Shown here piece after piece: positions 56,177 to 64,000 of a DNA stretch of 64,000 nt. The translations under genes and the position numbers were made by a program. The DNA lies in contig JBAVDL010000074.1 in NCBI GenBank assembly GCA_049587175.1, positions 34,118 through 98,117 of the forward strand. Reading direction: 5' to 3'. This stretch comes from Thermoactinomyces sp. Lineage in GTDB: Bacteria > Bacillota > Bacilli > Thermoactinomycetales > Thermoactinomycetaceae. The first letter of the stretch is position 1, and every line of letters begins with the position of its first letter. Below the pieces are notes generated by a model that did no database searches, was not told the DNA's origin, and worked only from the letters and a program-made list of their open reading frames with translations.

Positions 56177-57366
56177 GCCTGAAAAAGATTTATGCCGATC
56201 TTCATATCCACATCGGGAGAACCAGTCACAATCTGCCTGTGAAAATTACTGCTGCCAGAAACCTGACCTTTGAAAATATTGTAAAAGAAGCCTATCATCG
56301 CAAAGGATTGGAAATGATCGGCGTTATTGATGCCCAGTCTCCTCCGGTTCAGGAAGACATTATAAAGGGACTTGAGTCCGGACTATACAAGGAACATCCG
56401 GATGGAGGAATTATTTACGGGGAAACCACCTGCCTGTTGGGAGCAGAAATTGAGATCAGGGAACCGGATTTTGGGCCGGCCCATGTTCTCGTTTACCTGA
56501 AAACACTGGCCCGCATGCAGCAATTTACGGACTGGTGCCGGAAATCGATGAAAAATATCCAGTTAAGTACACAAAGGCTTTATCAGCCGGTACGGGTACT
56601 GCAGCAAAAAGTGGAGGAACTGGACGGGATTTTTATTCCCGCTCATGTTTTTACCCCGTTTAAAAGCATTTATGGCAGTGCAACGGATCAAATGGGGAAA
56701 CTTCTTGATCTGGATAAAGTTTCAGCCGTGGAACTGGGACTCAGTTCAGACTCGGATCTGGCTGACCGGATATCGGAGTTGAACCGGTTTCCGTTTGTAA
56801 CCAATTCGGATGCCCATTCCTTGCCCAAAATCGGGCGTGAGTATAATCAACTGTTGGTAAAAGAACCAAGTTTTGAAGAATTTCGCAAGGCCCTGACCGG
56901 ACAGGACGGGCGCAAAATTCTGGCCAACTGCGGATTACATCCGAAACTGGGAAAATATTATCGGTCGCGATGTTTGCAGTGTGACAGTTACTGGCCGGAA
57001 AGTGAACCGGAAAAATGTCCTGTCTGCGGAAGTACAAAGAAGGTGAAAGGCGTATACGATCGTATCCTTGAATTGAGTGATCAGTCTTGTCAACATCCGC
57101 CTTTTCGTCCTCCTTACAGGTATCAGGTGCCGCTGGAGTTTATCCCCAAATTGGGTAAAAAGACACTGGATAAACTTCTCGCAGCATTTGGAACGGAAAT
57201 GAAAGTGCTCAACCAGATACCGGTTGAAAAAATTGCAGACATTGCCAGAGAAGGGATTGCAAGGCAGATCCAGCTGGCACGGGAACAACGGTTGGAATTT
57301 GAAGAAGGGGGCGGCGGAATATACGGCCGGGTAAAAACAACCGGATATTCCGCAAAAAAAAGCTGA
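56173..57366 (+). CDS. PHP-domain protein with C-terminal zinc ribbon, Endonuclease Q-like (YqxK-like by position)
   Basis: ADLHIHIGRT N-terminal PHP-type His cluster, CLQCDSYW...CPVCGS zinc ribbon. ATGA overlap with the nudF stop. Family assignment is from memory. Confidence 0.65.
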   Translation: MSLKKIYADLHIHIGRTSHNLPVKITAARNLTFENIVKEAYHRKGLEMIGVIDAQSPPVQEDIIKGLESGLYKEHPDGGIIYGETTCLLGAEIEIREPDFGPAHVLVYLKTLARMQQFTDWCRKSMKNIQLSTQRLYQPVRVLQQKVEELDGIFIPAHVFTPFKSIYGSATDQMGKLLDLDKVSAVELGLSSDSDLADRISELNRFPFVTNSDAHSLPKIGREYNQLLVKEPSFEEFRKALTGQDGRKILANCGLHPKLGKYYRSRCLQCDSYWPESEPEKCPVCGSTKKVKGVYDRILELSDQSCQHPPFRPPYRYQVPLEFIPKLGKKTLDKLLAAFGTEMKVLNQIPVEKIADIAREGIARQIQLAREQRLEFEEGGGGIYGRVKTTGYSAKKS

Positions 57367-57389
57367 CCACACTGGTGGTCGGCTTTTTC
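57353..57389. terminator. Bidirectional intrinsic terminator
   Basis: AGCTGACCAC 57361-70 pairs with GTGGTCGGCT 57375-84 (one G-U pair), flanked by A8 and T5. Confidence 0.7.
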
Positions 57390-57768
57390 AATCCCGCGCT
57401 CCATGCTTCTTCAGGATTTGTTCAGCTTTTTCCCTGTCTTCTTCATGAAAGAAAACGGTAACGGATACGTCTTCCAGGGAAGACAAGGCTTGTCCGCCGG
57501 ACAACCCGCTGGCATCCGGATGGGCTGCACGAAGAATTCCTGTATCCTGTCTGATTTCCGGTCCGCCCAGAACAGATTCTGTCAATGACATCGGAGATTT
57601 GCGAAAAGGGTTATTTAAATCATCATCCTGCAAATCATGCCGGTCTCCGCCTCCGATCGGGGAAAAGCGGTCCACATAAACTTCAAATCCGTTTGCTTTC
57701 AATTCCTCGGCTGCCTGCCTGGCTGCATCGAGTGTCCGAAAATAGCCGAACAAATATTTTTCTGGCAT
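57388..57768 (-). CDS. Hypothetical protein (YflT/general-stress-like N- and C-terminal alpha/beta modules)
   Basis: 126 aa. SD aaggaggg. GYFRTLDAARQAAEELKANGFEVYV... Tentative. Confidence 0.5.
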   Translation of the reverse strand: MPEKYLFGYFRTLDAARQAAEELKANGFEVYVDRFSPIGGGDRHDLQDDDLNNPFRKSPMSLTESVLGGPEIRQDTGILRAAHPDASGLSGGQALSSLEDVSVTVFFHEEDREKAEQILKKHGARD

Positions 57769-57990
57769 ATTTTTCCCTCCTTGTCAGTTATTAATGGACT
57801 TTTTTGAAAGATTTATTCGCAGCGTACAAAATAGTGAATTCTTCCCTTTTGTTGTTTCCGGCATCAGATCCGGTGATTTTCATAGTATAATGTACACATA
57901 TTGATCCTTGGTCCAGATCGATTTTTTTGAACAAGCTGATGAAATGAGGAAGGAAAAGCCGAGCAGAAGCTGGAAATTTGGAGTGATTGG

Positions 57991-58443
57991 ATGTCTTATA
58001 TGGAATGGTCAGAAAAGCTGATGAAAATTGGTTGGTCTGGGATCCTGTTTTGTGCAATTCTATTAATCTTTCTCAAATTGCTTATTTTCCTTTTGCGCAA
58101 AAGGAAATTGGCTGTTTTCATCGCTTGTTTCAGGGGAATATGGGTTATATTTTTTATCATCTATTATGGATTGTTAGGCGTATTTATTTATCAATTTCTT
58201 GTTTCCTCTTCTTTCGAAGGTTTCCGGTTCCGCGAAATGATGATTTCCCTGGTGATTATCCTGCTGGCAATCCTGTTTTGGGTGGGGCCGGTGCGAGGAA
58301 TGCTGGGGCTGAAAATGCAAAAAGTACATCCAAAAACAACCAAAAGTTCCAGAGATGGATGGATCATCAAAAGTTTGTGGGGAGAAGAGGCTTTGCTTGA
58401 TCGTAACGGTGAAATGAATGGCTTGAAACAAAAAAAAGAATGA
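57991..58443 (+). CDS. Hypothetical 4-TM membrane protein
   Basis: 150 aa. SD ggagtg. Hydrophobic helices. Divergent from the 57768 gene. Confidence 0.45.
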   Translation: MSYMEWSEKLMKIGWSGILFCAILLIFLKLLIFLLRKRKLAVFIACFRGIWVIFFIIYYGLLGVFIYQFLVSSSFEGFRFREMMISLVIILLAILFWVGPVRGMLGLKMQKVHPKTTKSSRDGWIIKSLWGEEALLDRNGEMNGLKQKKE

Positions 58444-58518
58444 AACCCGGAATTGCTTTCCGTATATTTTTTCCTTGTCCCACATAGTTTCATAGTGATG
58501 GACAAGGAGGCAGAAAAC

Positions 58519-59172
58519 ATGAAAAAGAAACCAGGCACATTCGGGCATTCATTTCAGGCGTATATGGAAAACCAGGGGTCATTGGTGATTTTTGTTACAG
58601 TGCTGTTTATGACGGGAGTAATTTTTGGCGCTGTACTGGTGAATTCGTTGGATTCTTCGCAAAAAGAAGGATTGCTTCATTATCTGGGCTTCTTTTTTCA
58701 GGGATTGAGTGAAGACGCCATTGCAGATTCCAAAGTGGCTTTTCAGCATTCACTGGGGGATCATTTGAAAACGATCGGGTTAATGTGGATTTTGGGTTTG
58801 TCTGTCGTTGGAATTCCTGTATTGCTGGTACTGCTTTTCCTGAAAGGACTGGTGATTGGTTTTACGGTAGGTTTTCTCGTTCACCAGTTATCCTGGCAGG
58901 GGCTGTGGTTTGCCTTTGTCTCGGTCGTGCCGCAAAATCTGCTTATTATTCCGGCAATGATTATTATCACGATGTCCGGAATACGCTTTTCCATTTTGTT
59001 GCTTAAAAATCGCCTTATTCATCATCGCGGAGCCATCTACCCGCATTTTGTTTCCTTTTCGTTACTGGTAACGGGAATGGCAATCATCATGCTATTTTCT
59101 TCGATTTTTGAAGCATACGTATCACCTGTATTAATGAAAGAAGCTATTCCAACAAATATTTCCTTTAAATAA
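58519..59172 (+). CDS. spoIIM: Stage II sporulation protein M
   Basis: ATG at 58519 follows aaggagg. About 5 TM helices with ...GLMWILGLSVVGIPVLL..KGLVIGFTVGFL... Located directly upstream of fur, as in B. subtilis. Confidence 0.8.
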   Translation: MKKKPGTFGHSFQAYMENQGSLVIFVTVLFMTGVIFGAVLVNSLDSSQKEGLLHYLGFFFQGLSEDAIADSKVAFQHSLGDHLKTIGLMWILGLSVVGIPVLLVLLFLKGLVIGFTVGFLVHQLSWQGLWFAFVSVVPQNLLIIPAMIIITMSGIRFSILLLKNRLIHHRGAIYPHFVSFSLLVTGMAIIMLFSSIFEAYVSPVLMKEAIPTNISFK

Positions 59173-59287
59173 TTCAAAAATCAATTTCATGTTAAAATAA
59201 CTATTACATTGTATTTAGTTTTGTTTGGTTTGACTTCCTATGGTTTCCTAAAATATAATGGTGTAAGATAGGCGGGGGGTGTCTTCA

Positions 59288-59767
59288 TTGAAAAATCGGG
59301 TGAATCAGATAAAACAACAATTGTCCGCCCATAATTATAAATTGACCCCCCAACGGGAAGCGACGGTCCGTGTGCTTTTGGAAAATGAAGAAGATCATTT
59401 GAGCGCAGAGGATGTCTACCTGTTGGTGAAGGAAAAGGCTCCAGAAATCGGATTGGCTACTGTTTATCGGACTTTGGAGCTTTTAAGCGAGCTTCAGATC
59501 ATTCATAAATTAAATTTCGGAGATGGCGTTACGCGGTATGAATTCAGAGCTGAAGGGGCGGAACATCACCATCATCACCTCATCTGTCTCCACTGCGGTT
59601 CAGTTGACGAAATTACCGAAGATTGGTTAGGCCCGATAGAAGCACGGGTTGAAAAAGAATATGACTTTCACATTATGGATCACCGATTAACCTTCCACGG
59701 TATCTGTCATCGTTGCAAAGGGAAGGTTTCCAATCTGGAAAAAATAGCTAAATCCAAGGTGACGTGA
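59288..59767 (+). CDS. fur: Ferric uptake regulator Fur
   Basis: YKLTPQREATVRVLLENEEDHLSAEDVYLLVKEKAPEIGLATVYRTLELL...HHHHLICLHCG...HGICHRC is almost identical in pattern to B. subtilis Fur. Start is TTG 59288 or GTG 59279. Confidence 0.9.
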   Translation: MKNRVNQIKQQLSAHNYKLTPQREATVRVLLENEEDHLSAEDVYLLVKEKAPEIGLATVYRTLELLSELQIIHKLNFGDGVTRYEFRAEGAEHHHHHLICLHCGSVDEITEDWLGPIEARVEKEYDFHIMDHRLTFHGICHRCKGKVSNLEKIAKSKVT

Positions 59768-59795
59768 GATCTTTTCATGGATCTCACGTTTTTTG
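59763..59795 (+). terminator. Intrinsic terminator of fur
   Basis: CGTGAGATC 59763-71 pairs with GATCTCACG 59780-88, then T6. The stop codon lies inside the stem. Confidence 0.8.
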
Positions 59796-59912
59796 TTTGT
59801 CCCGGCTCAGGATGGAACCGGTTTGGACAACAGGGTGAAGTGGTTTTTTCAGTGCTTAAACGGGGGTCTTTAACATACGTTATAACAACAATATGAAAAG
59901 GACGGGTTTGTA

Positions 59913-60158
59913 ATGGTAATTTCTCTTCGCAAAATCAAGCATTGGGCAAAATTTTTTCTGTTATTTGTCTTGTTTACACTGCTGTTATATCAGTTTTTTT
60001 CTGTACTTGCCCCTTTTTTCAAGCCGGAATTCCTGTATGAAAAACCATCAGAAGGTGCGGTAAAAGTGATTGCCCGGGAAAGCACAACTGCCGAATCTGA
60101 ATCTGCTTTTGAAGAAATGAAAGAGCGGTTGCTGATTTTTTACTGGATGGGTGAGTAA
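59913..60158 (+). CDS. Small membrane protein (YqzK/DUF4227-like by position)
   Basis: 81 aa with one N-terminal TM helix. Follows fur, as yqzK does in B. subtilis (recollection). Confidence 0.5.
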   Translation: MVISLRKIKHWAKFFLLFVLFTLLLYQFFSVLAPFFKPEFLYEKPSEGAVKVIARESTTAESESAFEEMKERLLIFYWMGE

Positions 60159-60300
60159 CAAAAAAGTTACTTTTGTTTAAGGATGCCTATAATAAAGATG
60201 AAACGGACAAGACGGCGAGAGAGCCAAAAGGTTGCCTTCAAAGGACGTTGTACGTTCTTTTTTTTCTTATTTATAATGGGAATGGAAGGAGTTGTGAAAG

Positions 60301-61479
60301 ATGAAATCATTTTCTAGAGTGGCACTGGTTGTGCTTGACAGTGTCGGCATTGGCGCATTGCCTGATGCTGTGGAATATAATGATGAGGGTGCTTTTACAC
60401 TGGGGCATATTGCCGAACACAGAAACGGGCTGAATATGCCGAATATGGAAAAATTGGGGTTGGGAAACATAGAGCCGGTCAAAGGGATCCAACCAGTGGA
60501 AAATCCCCTTGCCTGTTATGGGAAAATGATGGAGATGTCAAAAGGAAAAGATACTTCCACAGGACATTGGGAATTTATGGGCATTTATACAGACAAGCCC
60601 TTCAAAACCTATCCCGACGGGTTTCCGGATGAATTGATCCGGCAGTTTGAGAAAAAAACCGGGCGCAAAGTGATCGGGAACAAACCTGCTTCCGGAACTG
60701 AAATTATTAAAGAACTGGGAAAAGAGCATATGGAAACAGGCGCGCTGATTGTTTATACATCCGCTGACAGTGTATTTCAGATTGCCGCTCATGAAGAGAT
60801 TGTGCCGCTTGAGGAACTGTATCGAATCTGCGAGATTGCCAGGGAATTGACTCTGGATGAAAAATACGCTGTCGTTCGTGTCATTGCCCGGCCGTTTGTG
60901 GGAGAGCCCGGGAATTTCACCCGTACCGCCAATCGCAAGGATTATTCCTTAAAGCCTCCTGCAAAAACAGTGCTCAACTTTCTTGAGGATGCCGGCAAGG
61001 ATGTGATCGCTATCGGGAAAATCTCGGATATTTATGCCGGGGAAGGGATTACAGAATCCATACATACCAAATCAAATATGGATGGAGTAGACCAGTTGCT
61101 CAAAGTGATGAAAAAGGAGTTTGATGGCCTTGCGTTTGTCAATCTGGTCGATTTTGATGCCAAATATGGTCATCGCCGTGATCCCGAAGGTTATGCCGAT
61201 GCGCTGGAGGCTTTTGATGCCCGGGTACCGGAAATTTTGTCTTCTTTAAGAGAAAATGATCTGCTGATTATTACCGCTGATCATGGAAATGATCCAACCC
61301 ACCATGGCACGGATCATACTCGAGAGCATACGCCTTTGCTGGTATACAGCAATCAATTGTCCAAACCGGGCTCTCTTGGTGTACGCAAAAGTTTTGCAGA
61401 TGTGGGAGCAACCATTGCCGAGAATTTTGATGTGCAGATTCCTGAAATTGGAACCAGTTTTTTGGGAGAGTTGAAATAA
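60301..61479 (+). CDS. deoB: Phosphopentomutase
   Basis: 392 aa. [14 protein letters not shown]..., ...[17 protein letters not shown]. Confidence 0.95.
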   Translation: MKSFSRVALVVLDSVGIGALPDAVEYNDEGAFTLGHIAEHRNGLNMPNMEKLGLGNIEPVKGIQPVENPLACYGKMMEMSKGKDTSTGHWEFMGIYTDKPFKTYPDGFPDELIRQFEKKTGRKVIGNKPASGTEIIKELGKEHMETGALIVYTSADSVFQIAAHEEIVPLEELYRICEIARELTLDEKYAVVRVIARPFVGEPGNFTRTANRKDYSLKPPAKTVLNFLEDAGKDVIAIGKISDIYAGEGITESIHTKSNMDGVDQLLKVMKKEFDGLAFVNLVDFDAKYGHRRDPEGYADALEAFDARVPEILSSLRENDLLIITADHGNDPTHHGTDHTREHTPLLVYSNQLSKPGSLGVRKSFADVGATIAENFDVQIPEIGTSFLGELK

Positions 61480-61492
61480 AAGGGGCGAATCA

Positions 61493-62320
61493 ATGATGCA
61501 TTTTACGATGGAAGAAGTAAGGGAAGCAGCGAGAGTTATCTGCGGGCAAATGAAGGAAGAGCCCGCCATTGGCCTGATTCTGGGATCCGGCCTGGGGGTA
61601 TTGGTTGAGGAAATCGGGAACCCGCTTTCAATCAGTTATGAGGATATCCCGCATTTTCCGGTATCCACAGTGGAAGGGCATGCCGGAAAACTGATTCTGG
61701 GAAAACTGGAGAATCGGAATATCCTCGTCATGGCTGGCAGGTTTCACCTTTATGAAGGCCATGATCCTGTAACCGTTTCTTTCCCTATTCGCGTCATGAA
61801 GGAGCTGGGAGTAAAAACGCTGGTTGTGACAAATGCGGCGGGCGGTGTGAATCTGTCCTATGAACCTGGAGATTTGATGGTTATACAGGACCATATTAAC
61901 CTGATGTTCCGCAATCCTTTGGTTGGCTTGAACAATAAAGAGTTTGGCGAAACCTTTCCGGACATGTCGGCTGCTTATGACCCGGAATTGCGTGAACTGG
62001 CGCATGAGGTGGCAAAACAGCAGGGATTCTCTCTCCGGGAAGGGGTTTATGCTGCGGTTTTGGGGCCATCATACGAAACACCTGCCGAGATCCGCATGAT
62101 TCGGACGTTGGGAGGAGATGCCGTAGGAATGTCAACCGTGCCAGAAGTGATTGTAGCCCGCCATGCCGGAATCCGTGTATTGGGCCTGTCCTGTATAACC
62201 AATATGGCTGCAGGAATTTTACCCCGGCCTTTGTCGCATGAGGAAGTAATTGAGACGGCCAATCGGGTTAAAGACCGATTCACCACTCTGGTTAAAGGAA
62301 TTTTGCAGCGCTTGCCATAA
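61493..62320 (+). CDS. punA: Purine nucleoside phosphorylase (PNP-I/PunA type)
   Basis: 275 aa. ..GLILGSGLG...VEGHAGKL..G......GRFHLYEG... and ..GMSTVPEVIVA.. Confidence 0.9.
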   Translation: MMHFTMEEVREAARVICGQMKEEPAIGLILGSGLGVLVEEIGNPLSISYEDIPHFPVSTVEGHAGKLILGKLENRNILVMAGRFHLYEGHDPVTVSFPIRVMKELGVKTLVVTNAAGGVNLSYEPGDLMVIQDHINLMFRNPLVGLNNKEFGETFPDMSAAYDPELRELAHEVAKQQGFSLREGVYAAVLGPSYETPAEIRMIRTLGGDAVGMSTVPEVIVARHAGIRVLGLSCITNMAAGILPRPLSHEEVIETANRVKDRFTTLVKGILQRLP

Positions 62321-62333
62321 TGGTTGTCAGTTG

Positions 62334-62372
62334 GACGGGTCTTGCTTCAGCCGGGACCCGTCTTTTTATTTT
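62334..62372 (+). terminator. Intrinsic terminator after punA
   Basis: GACGGGTC 62334-41 pairs with GACCCGTC 62355-62, then TTTTTATTTT. Confidence 0.75.
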
Positions 62373-62402
62373 GAAGCCATTCCTCCGGTAACGGCATAGC
62401 GT

Positions 62403-62436
62403 TAATTTTATATAATTTTATATTTTTATAAAATTA
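62403..62436. repeat. AT-rich 10-mer present twice directly and once inverted upstream of the protease gene
   Basis: TAATTTTATA 62403-12 and 62413-22, then TTTT, then its reverse complement TATAAAATTA 62427-36. Confidence 0.5.
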
Positions 62437-62540
62437 AAATTTAATTAATCAAAATGTTATATATCAATTTCATTGAAAAAAAATTTACATAATTTATAAT
62501 TATATATGTATTTAACAGTTCAACAAAAGGGGGAAACAGT

Positions 62541-64000
62541 TTGAAAAAAATCTGGAAAGCGGTGGCTGTTTTTTTAACATTGCTGCTGCTCAGTGCAGCA
62601 GCAATTGCCCCGTTCAGCGCGGAGATGGCTCAGGCCGAAGCAAGAGCGGCAAATGAGGAAGTACATGTTGACCTGGCTTTGGTGAATGAAATCGCCCTGA
62701 TTCGCTCATTGAAAGAGCGGGGAGTTCTGGCTGAGGATGCCACGCCTGAAGAAGTCAGTCAGGCAATCAGGAAGTATGTGACAGCCGGAAGGATTCCCAA
62801 CAGCAAAACGGAAGGTATTGATATTTCCTCAGAATTTGGCAGACGAGCCTATAAAGGAAAAAAAGCGATTCAGAAGCAGGCTGCCGATAAAATCTCCCAA
62901 CATGATGAAGAAACTGTTACACAGGAAAAACTGGGAAAAAAACAATTTACGGATCATGCTGTTGTCGCATTGATCGAGTTTCCTGATTTTAAACATAATT
63001 CCATTAAAAAGAAAAAAAATCAATTTTGGGTAGAGGACTTTAATGAGCGACACTATCAGCAACTGCTGTTCAACAAGGATGGTTTCAGGATGGATGATGG
63101 AACCCGCCTTCCTTCTTTCCGGCAATTTTATCTGGAACAGTCAGCGGGTTACTGGAACGTTGTCGGGAAGGTAACGCCCTGGATCCTGGCCAGGAATGAA
63201 GCCAGATACTATGGAGAGCATCTGGATCACGGGGATTATGAGCTGAGCGATGCACGCCCGCAGGAATTGGTCAAGGAAACCCTGGCGGCAGTCGGAAAAC
63301 AGATTGCCGGGGAAGAAAAAAATTATGACAAACGGGATCCTTATGACCATGACGGAGATGGCGATGTGATGGAACCGGACGGTTTGCTGGATAACCTGTT
63401 TGTCGTGCATTCCGGCGAGGGAGAAGAAGCGGGGGGCGGTGACCTGGGTGAAAATGCGATTTGGTCCCATCGCTCGGTAGTAGGTCCTGAACCTGTCCCG
63501 ATTCCGGGGACAAGTCTGAAAGCATTTGATTACATTATTCAGCCCGAAGATGGAGCAGCCGGTGTATTTACCCATGAATACGGACACAACCTCGGATTGC
63601 CTGACGAATATGATACGGGCTATACGGGTTCGGGAGCACCGGTTGAAGCCTGGTCACTTATGTCTTATGGCAGCTGGACGGGGGATATTCCCGGAACGGA
63701 ACCAACCGGTTTCAGTCCCTGGGCTAAATTGTTCTTCCAGGAAACCTACGGCGGCACCTGGCCAACCGCTACTGCCATTGATTTTGACAAGTTAAACAAG
63801 AAACGGACCGTTCCGTTGCTGGAAGCTGTAGCAATGACGAAAAAAGGCAAAATACTCAAGGTAAACCTTCCGGATCGCCTTGTTGATCCGCCTACCCAGC
63901 CACGTGGCAAAAAAGCATATTTTTCTACAAAAGGAAATATGCTGGATACAAAGCTGATTTCTCCGGAAATTGACTTGACAGGACTTGACCGTGCTGAACT
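62541..64000 (+). CDS. inhA: Immune inhibitor A-like M6 metalloprotease, partial (continues beyond the window)
   Basis: Not in the ORF track because there is no stop in the window. The TTG at 62541 follows aaaggggga. Signal peptide KKIWKAVAVFLTLLLLSAAAIAPFSA. Zinc motif HEYGHNLGLPDEYD. Confidence 0.85.
   Translation, partial: MKKIWKAVAVFLTLLLLSAAAIAPFSAEMAQAEARAANEEVHVDLALVNEIALIRSLKERGVLAEDATPEEVSQAIRKYVTAGRIPNSKTEGIDISSEFGRRAYKGKKAIQKQAADKISQHDEETVTQEKLGKKQFTDHAVVALIEFPDFKHNSIKKKKNQFWVEDFNERHYQQLLFNKDGFRMDDGTRLPSFRQFYLEQSAGYWNVVGKVTPWILARNEARYYGEHLDHGDYELSDARPQELVKETLAAVGKQIAGEEKNYDKRDPYDHDGDGDVMEPDGLLDNLFVVHSGEGEEAGGGDLGENAIWSHRSVVGPEPVPIPGTSLKAFDYIIQPEDGAAGVFTHEYGHNLGLPDEYDTGYTGSGAPVEAWSLMSYGSWTGDIPGTEPTGFSPWAKLFFQETYGGTWPTATAIDFDKLNKKRTVPLLEAVAMTKKGKILKVNLPDRLVDPPTQPRGKKAYFSTKGNMLDTKLISPEIDLTGLDRAE

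Noticed and set aside
60159-60300. Looked for xerD (ripX), which I recall lying between yqzK and deoB in B. subtilis
   Set aside because: Only 140 bp of spacer exist here, with no recombinase remnant visible. The absence is real in this window, but it is an ordinary synteny difference.
1-64000. Scan for CRISPR arrays, rRNA/tRNA genes, IS elements, integrases and prophage modules
   Set aside because: I saw no spaced direct-repeat arrays, no tRNA-like or rRNA-like conserved blocks, and no transposase or integrase motifs in any listed ORF.

Overview
This is a 64-kb chromosomal window from an endospore-forming Firmicute. Gene order closely follows the Bacillus subtilis yqh-yqk region. The core + strand string is: spoIIIAA-AH, accBC, an Asp23-like gene, nusB, folD, xseAB, ispA, [~600-nt structured RNA plus membrane protein], dxs, tlyA, nadK, argR, recN, spoIVB, spo0A, bkdR with the sigma-54-driven ptb-bcd-buk-lpdV-bkdAA-AB-B operon, split methylmalonyl-CoA mutase with epimerase and carboxyltransferase, an M20 peptidase, nudF, an EndoQ-like nuclease, spoIIM, fur, deoB, punA, and a partial InhA-like M6 protease. 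I found no rRNA, tRNA, CRISPR array, transposase or integrase. Four items stand out. (1) The ispA-dxs spacer matches the OLE (ornate, large, extremophilic) RNA plus oapA locus by position, size, nested helices and exact gene context. This is a known RNA class whose function is unresolved. (2) An AT-richer three-gene minus-strand cassette, followed by a DAACS transporter, lies between spoIVB and spo0A, which are adjacent in B. subtilis. It encodes a secreted protein with a glycine-zipper-like tail, a cytosolic helical protein and a polytopic membrane protein. (3) An uncharacterised operon encodes a 12-TM protein with a duplicated P-H...E-L...G-H-x-H-I motif, an FGE/SUMF1-domain lipoprotein and a heme O synthase paralog. 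It lies downstream of a 940-bp ORF-poor region that holds a Rex/Fnr-type palindrome and a GC-rich structured island. (4) The bkd operon has a second enhancer-like and sigma-54-like element between ptb and bcd. All homology calls rest on motif recognition and synteny read by eye. No database search, GC computation or folding calculation was run.
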